From NCBI GenBank assembly GCA_963626175.1, contig CAVFWY010000002.1:1-41069 (forward strand): DNA of 41,069 nt. Reading direction: 5' to 3'. A model generated the notes under the pieces. It saw only the letters and a list, made by a program, of their open reading frames with translations, did not search any database and had not been told where the DNA came from. The stretch is from Gemmiger sp. (lineage in GTDB: Bacteria; Verrucomicrobiota; Kiritimatiellia; RFP12; UBA1067). The position numbers and the translations under genes are program-made. Below, piece by piece: positions 36,601 through 41,069 of the stretch (position 1 is its first letter; each line of letters starts with the position of its first letter).

Positions 36601-39600
36601 GTTCGTGATGTTCTCCCTTGCCAACGAACCAACGACGGGCGGTGCGGAGCGCATGGAAGTCATCCGAAAACTGAAAGCCTACGATCCGCGCCCCCTGTAT
36701 GCGCAGGGTACGAACGCCGATTATGCGAACCCGCACCAGTACGCAAGCGACGACTTCTGGTGTACATTTAGGAGCACGGCTGGTGCGAAGGGAAATGTAC
36801 GCGGTTCGTATTCCCACTGCGATCTTCCGCTTGGGGGCGTTCAACAGGAAGGGTGTGGCACGATGCGCGACTTCTCTCCTGCGGTTGCCCACTCGTCCAT
36901 CCCCTTGATTGGACACGAGGTCGGACAGTATCAGGCCTATCCCGACTATTCCGAGGTCGAGAAGTACACGGGCGTACTTGAACCGCTCAACCTCCGAATC
37001 TTCCGTGAACGGCTCAAGAGAGCGGGAATGGAGGAGAGCGCGGCGGATTTTCTTCGGGCTTCGGGTGCGTTGCAGGTTCTCAACTATCGCGAGGACATTG
37101 AGATGGCGTTGCGTACGCCGGGCTTTGGAGGCTTTCAACTGCTGGATCTGCAGGACTTCCCCGGACAGGGCACGGCGCTTGTCGGCATCTTGAACGCATT
37201 TATGGAATCGAAGGGCTTCATCACACCCGAAAAGTGGCGCGAGTTCTGTGCCCCGACGGTTCTTCTCGCGCGCTATCCGTCCTCAACGCTGACGGAGGGG
37301 GAGGCTTTCAAGGCCGATATTCAGGTCGCTCACTACGGTCGGGAGGATGTGTTGACGGCCGTTCTTGCCTGGCGGCTCGTCAATTCGTCGGGGAAAGTGC
37401 TGGAGAAGGGGAAACTACCCGTCTCGGTTCGTGTCGGTGAGGTTGCGACGGTTGGGTCAGTCGCGGCGAATCTGCCCTCGTCGGGTAAGGCTGAGAAACT
37501 TTCGCTCGAACTTGAGCTCGTCGGACGCGGGGAGCGAAACGCCTACCCGTTGTGGGTCTACCCGAAGCCCGCCTCCCTGCCCAAGGTCAAAATCGTGCAC
37601 TCGCTTGAAGAGGGTGAACGACTGCTGGATGCGGGCGAAACGGGGCTTTGCATTCTCACGCGAGAGGACGCACCGACGAATGCGATACCCGGCTTTTTCG
37701 CGGCGGACTTCTGGAACTGGCCTATGTTCAAGTTTGTTTGTGAAGGCCACAAGAAGCCCCCAGCACCGGGGACGCTGGGTCTTCTGATTGATTCCGAACA
37801 TCCAGCGTTGGACGGCTTCCCGACCTCTTTCCACGCGGACCAGCAGTGGCGGAACCTGATTCTGCACGGCATGAATGTCGTTTTGAATGAGGCGAAGGAT
37901 ACAGAACTCATCGTGCAGGGAATCGACAATGTCGCCCGAAATCACCGCCTCGGCGTGATTTGGGAAAAGCGACGCGGAAAGGGGCATCTGGTCGTCTCCG
38001 CAATCGACCTTGAGGCTTGTGCGGACTTGCCGGAGGCTCGTGCACTGCGTACTGCACTCGTGCGGTATGTTGACAAGATCTGCAAATCGAAATGCATTAC
38101 TTCGCCAAATGGGCGTGTTGCGTGTGAATTCTTCCTGCGAGACGGCGTACCCGTTGCACGGGTGTCGTATGATGGTCGCCATGCCTTTGAAAGTGAACTT
38201 GGCTTCAGGCGCGGCAAATTGGTCGTGCAAAAAACATCCGAACGCACGGTGAAAGTTGCGTGGAAGCCGGTTTGGGGGTTTAAGTCTGAGTACCCGGATC
38301 GGTATACGGAACTGATCGTGAATCTTGCGGCTCCCGATTCGCCGCGCACGGATGAGATCCTGACTCTTCGGTGCTACGACGAGGGGTTCGCCGTGCGCGC
38401 GAAGACAGACCTGAATGTCTATGAACTGGGCGAAATCCGCGATGAACGAACAAGTTGGCGGTTTGCGTCCGGCGCGAAGGCATGGTGCATTTCGGAGACG
38501 GAAGGCACATTTCCTGAGAATCCCTACGAGTTGGATGCACTCGACAGCACGAACGCTTGGCGGATGCCGTTCACCGTTGAAGTGTCGAACGGTTGTGCCG
38601 CGAGCATCATTGAGGTCAACGTGCGCGACTATCCGCGGAGTTTCCTGAACGTGTCGCAGGGGATGATTCGCCCCGTCTTTGCAATTGGAGTTAAGGAGGG
38701 GCGCGGCGAAATTGTCTCGCCCTGGCGGGCGGTTCAACTCGCCCCGAATGCGGGGAAATTGGTTGAAACCGCCTATTTTATCGAGAACTTGAATGATTCT
38801 TGTGCGATTGCGGATACCTCGTGGATTCAGCCGGGGCTTTCCGTCTCGGATGCTGGGAATTGCGAACTCGTCACGGAGCAGGTGATCGAGGCGGCTCGCG
38901 CGGCCAAGGCGTGCGGAGCGAAGTACTTTCAGTTGGACTGGGGATGGTATGGTGCGGAATATGCGTGGAGCGACAACGACCGTGCGACATTTCGTGCGGA
39001 GCATCCCGAATTCGCGAACGACACGACTTGGGAGACGAACACATACGCGAACCCCTATTCCGCCGCAAAAGGCACGGTTCCCTATCATCCGTACTGGCCG
39101 TACGACTGCCATCGGCGCGGCGTTGAACTTGATCTTCCGAAAATTGTCGCCGAATTGAAGAAGTTGGATATGGGACTTGGACTCTACATTCACGGGGCTG
39201 TCTTGGAGGCGAATGACCTTGACCGCCTGTTCTCAACTTACGCATCGTGGGGGATCGCGGCACTCAAGCCCGGATTTGTCTCGTTCGGTTCGCAAAAGGC
39301 AACGGAATACATGCGCAAACTTGCCGCGACGGCGGCTAAGTATCACCTGTGGCTGGACATTCACGACGCGCAGATTCCAGACGGGTTCGAGCGAACCTAT
39401 CCGAATGTGATGCTCAGCGAGGGTGGCGGCGGAGAGGAGGGGAATCATCCGGCGCGGCAGGATGTGACCCTTCCGTTCACGCGCTGTCTGAGCGGTCCGT
39501 TTGACTTTACGCCGCGTTTGTTCAATCCCGATGCCCTCAAGAAGGGAACGAAGGCTCATGAAGTGGCGTTTTTCCTTTGCTATCCCGGTCCCACGGCGGT

Positions 39601-39985
39601 GATGCGGGGCGATGTGCGCAGACTGCTGGAGACGGATGCCTCCATCGTGGAGTTCGTGAAGGCGTTGCCGTGGAATTATGACGAGTCGCGCGTCTTGGAT
39701 GCGGCGATTGCGCGGCATTTGGTTGTGGCGCGGCGGAGGGACGAAAATTGGTATTTGGCGGGAATGACTGGTGAAAAAGCGCATACGACGGAGATAACGT
39801 TCGATTTTCTGCCCGACGGACGGGAGTTCACGCTCACGCTGTGGCGGGATGATGCCGCCTCCGACAGCCATCCACAGGGCTATGTGCGTGAAACGCGGCG
39901 CATCCGCAGGGGCGACCGGCTGGCGATTCCCATGTCCCGTTGCGGCGGCTTCCTTGCCCTGCTAACACCGTCCGTCGGCAAGTGA
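33623..39985 (+). CDS. Triple-fusion secreted enzyme: N-terminal CBM-like domain plus FAD-dependent oxidoreductase, GH2-like hydrolase, and GH97 hydrolase
   Basis: AGGAGG precedes the ATG at 33623; ATG 33599 is an alternative start. The FAD fold [34 protein letters not shown] is at ~34157. The GH2 part has [42 protein letters not shown] and FSLANEP at ~36250-36630. The GH97 part starts at ~38095 with [10 protein letters not shown]...[78 protein letters not shown] and [11 protein letters not shown]. The frame is continuous with no stop. Confidence 0.8.
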   Translation: [2120 protein letters not shown]

Positions 39986-40023
39986 AACAGATTTCTTTAA
40001 CAACAAATAAGGGATAATCGACG

Positions 40024-40857
40024 ATGAATAAAATTCAAGCAGTGATAACCGTAGCGGTGGGTGGCATTCTGTCCTCACTTTCTGCTCTGGCGGCGGATAG
40101 CGATGCCACGCAGGCATCTTTCAATCTGTTTTCATGGAAAGGACGGAAAATTGTTTTCCTGGGGGATTCCATTACGGATAAGAATCATGTCGGATGCGAA
40201 ACGAATTACTGGGGCTTTTTGGCAGAACGCATGGGCTTTACACCGTATGTTTATGGCATCAGCGGACAAGAGTCGCGGCACATTCCTCAGCAAGTTGCCC
40301 GTGCTCGGGATGAACTCGGCAATGAGGTGGACGCAGTCTTTATGCTGATGGGAACAAATGACTTTTATGCCGACGTGCCGTTGGGAGAAGTATTCGTCTA
40401 TTCTAAGGAAAGTGTTGACAGAAGAGGTCATTTAGTCGAAGTATCGAAGCGTGAACCTTCTATGGACGAGACGACGTTCAATGGTCGTCTGAATATCGCG
40501 TTTCGCTCCATTAAGACAACATTTCCAAATGCTCAGGTTGTCGTCATGACTCCGCTACATCGTGGGTTCGCTAAGTTTAGTCCGGATAACGTGCAGCCAG
40601 ACGAACGCTATGCGAATGAGAAGGGCTTGTATATCGATGACTATGTAAAGAGTGTGCGGGAAGTGGCGGCACATTGGAGTTCGCCAGTCATTGACCTGTA
40701 CGCCGAATCGGGATTGTTGCCGAATGAGTCCGTGTATAACTTTTGCTTCGCGAAAGGAGGAACGGGTGACTCGCTTCATCCCTCGACAGCCGGACACGAG
40801 CGTCTTGCGCGTATTTTGGAAGCTCGGCTTCGGGTGATTCCGTCAACATTTCGGTAA
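40024..40857 (+). CDS. SGNH/GDSL-family hydrolase (probable carbohydrate acetylesterase)
   Basis: It has a signal peptide, block I KIVFLGDSITD, block III GTND and block V DSLHPSTAGH. Its GC content is visibly lower than the rest of the window. Confidence 0.8.
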   Translation: MNKIQAVITVAVGGILSSLSALAADSDATQASFNLFSWKGRKIVFLGDSITDKNHVGCETNYWGFLAERMGFTPYVYGISGQESRHIPQQVARARDELGNEVDAVFMLMGTNDFYADVPLGEVFVYSKESVDRRGHLVEVSKREPSMDETTFNGRLNIAFRSIKTTFPNAQVVVMTPLHRGFAKFSPDNVQPDERYANEKGLYIDDYVKSVREVAAHWSSPVIDLYAESGLLPNESVYNFCFAKGGTGDSLHPSTAGHERLARILEARLRVIPSTFR

Positions 40858-41013
40858 AAGGTTTTGTCGCTTGCTTGGTGATCCGATGTGGTCTTGGATA
40901 AGAATCGTCGGCGAAAGTTGAAGCGTTTTTTGACAGGATTAACAGGATGAGGAGATCGTCCGACCACCATTCCCTCAAATCCTGACAATCCTTTTATGAG
41001 AACAATTGTCAAT

Positions 41014-41047
41014 GGCCAGAATCGCTGTGCGATTCTCCTTCCTGGCC
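41014..41047. other. GC-rich hairpin at the window edge (function unknown)
   Basis: A perfect 8-bp stem, AGAATCGC-TGT-GCGATTCT (41018-41036), is nested in GGCC...GGCC. No U-run follows on the + strand. It could belong to a feature beyond the window. Confidence 0.2.
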
Positions 41048-41069
41048 GGTCCGCCCGTTCGCGGTTCCG

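Noticed and set aside
40858-40935. T-run (GCGTTTTTTG, ~40923-40930) after the SGNH gene as a terminator.
   Set aside because: No stable GC-rich stem lies immediately 5' of the T-run. The nearby TTGACA and tandem ACAGGAT-N2-ACAGGAT could equally be promoter or operator elements for a gene beyond the window.
1-41069. CRISPR arrays, insertion sequences, integrases, prophage genes, toxin-antitoxin pairs or known defence systems. This includes the idea that the edge tRNA-Glu marks an integration site.
   Set aside because: I saw no spaced direct-repeat array, no transposase-, integrase- or recombinase-like ORF, no terminal inverted repeats and no duplicated tRNA 3' fragment. The gene next to the tRNA is housekeeping dprA.

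Overview
High-GC bacterial chromosomal window with no rRNA, CRISPR array, transposase, integrase or recognisable defence gene. All real genes except one regulator and one tRNA are on the + strand. The many long minus-strand ORFs are Arg/Pro-rich shadow frames. The window has three blocks.

(1) Housekeeping, 1-3271: tRNA-Glu, dprA, a HAD hydrolase and thiC.

(2) Envelope block, 3292-15278:
- A 1219-aa tandem-duplicated DUF3857/transglutaminase-like secreted protein.
- A tightly coupled seven-gene string: GldA-like ABC ATPase, fused ABC-2 permease/GldG-like protein, DUF4340 protein, ExbB, ExbD, TonB-like protein, BatD-like protein. I regard this string as the best candidate for an undescribed trans-envelope system.

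(3) Glycan-degradation locus, 15320-40857:
- A divergent XylR-type (sugar-binding domain plus AraC HTH) regulator and a 462-bp AT-rich control region.
- About 24 kb of nine co-directional genes with gaps of 48 nt or less.
- The first gene is a Pmp-like beta-helix protein broken by a 13-G homopolymer, a candidate phase-variation switch.
- The rest are two paralogous ~1350-aa GH2-like enzymes, GH29, GH30, a GH27-CE4 fusion, a Tat-signal metallophosphoesterase, a 2120-aa FAD-oxidoreductase/GH2/GH97 triple fusion and an SGNH esterase.

Gene content suggests a PVC-superphylum-like organism (Lentisphaerota, Verrucomicrobiota or Kiritimatiellota). That is inference only. All family calls come from motif reading by eye; no search was run.
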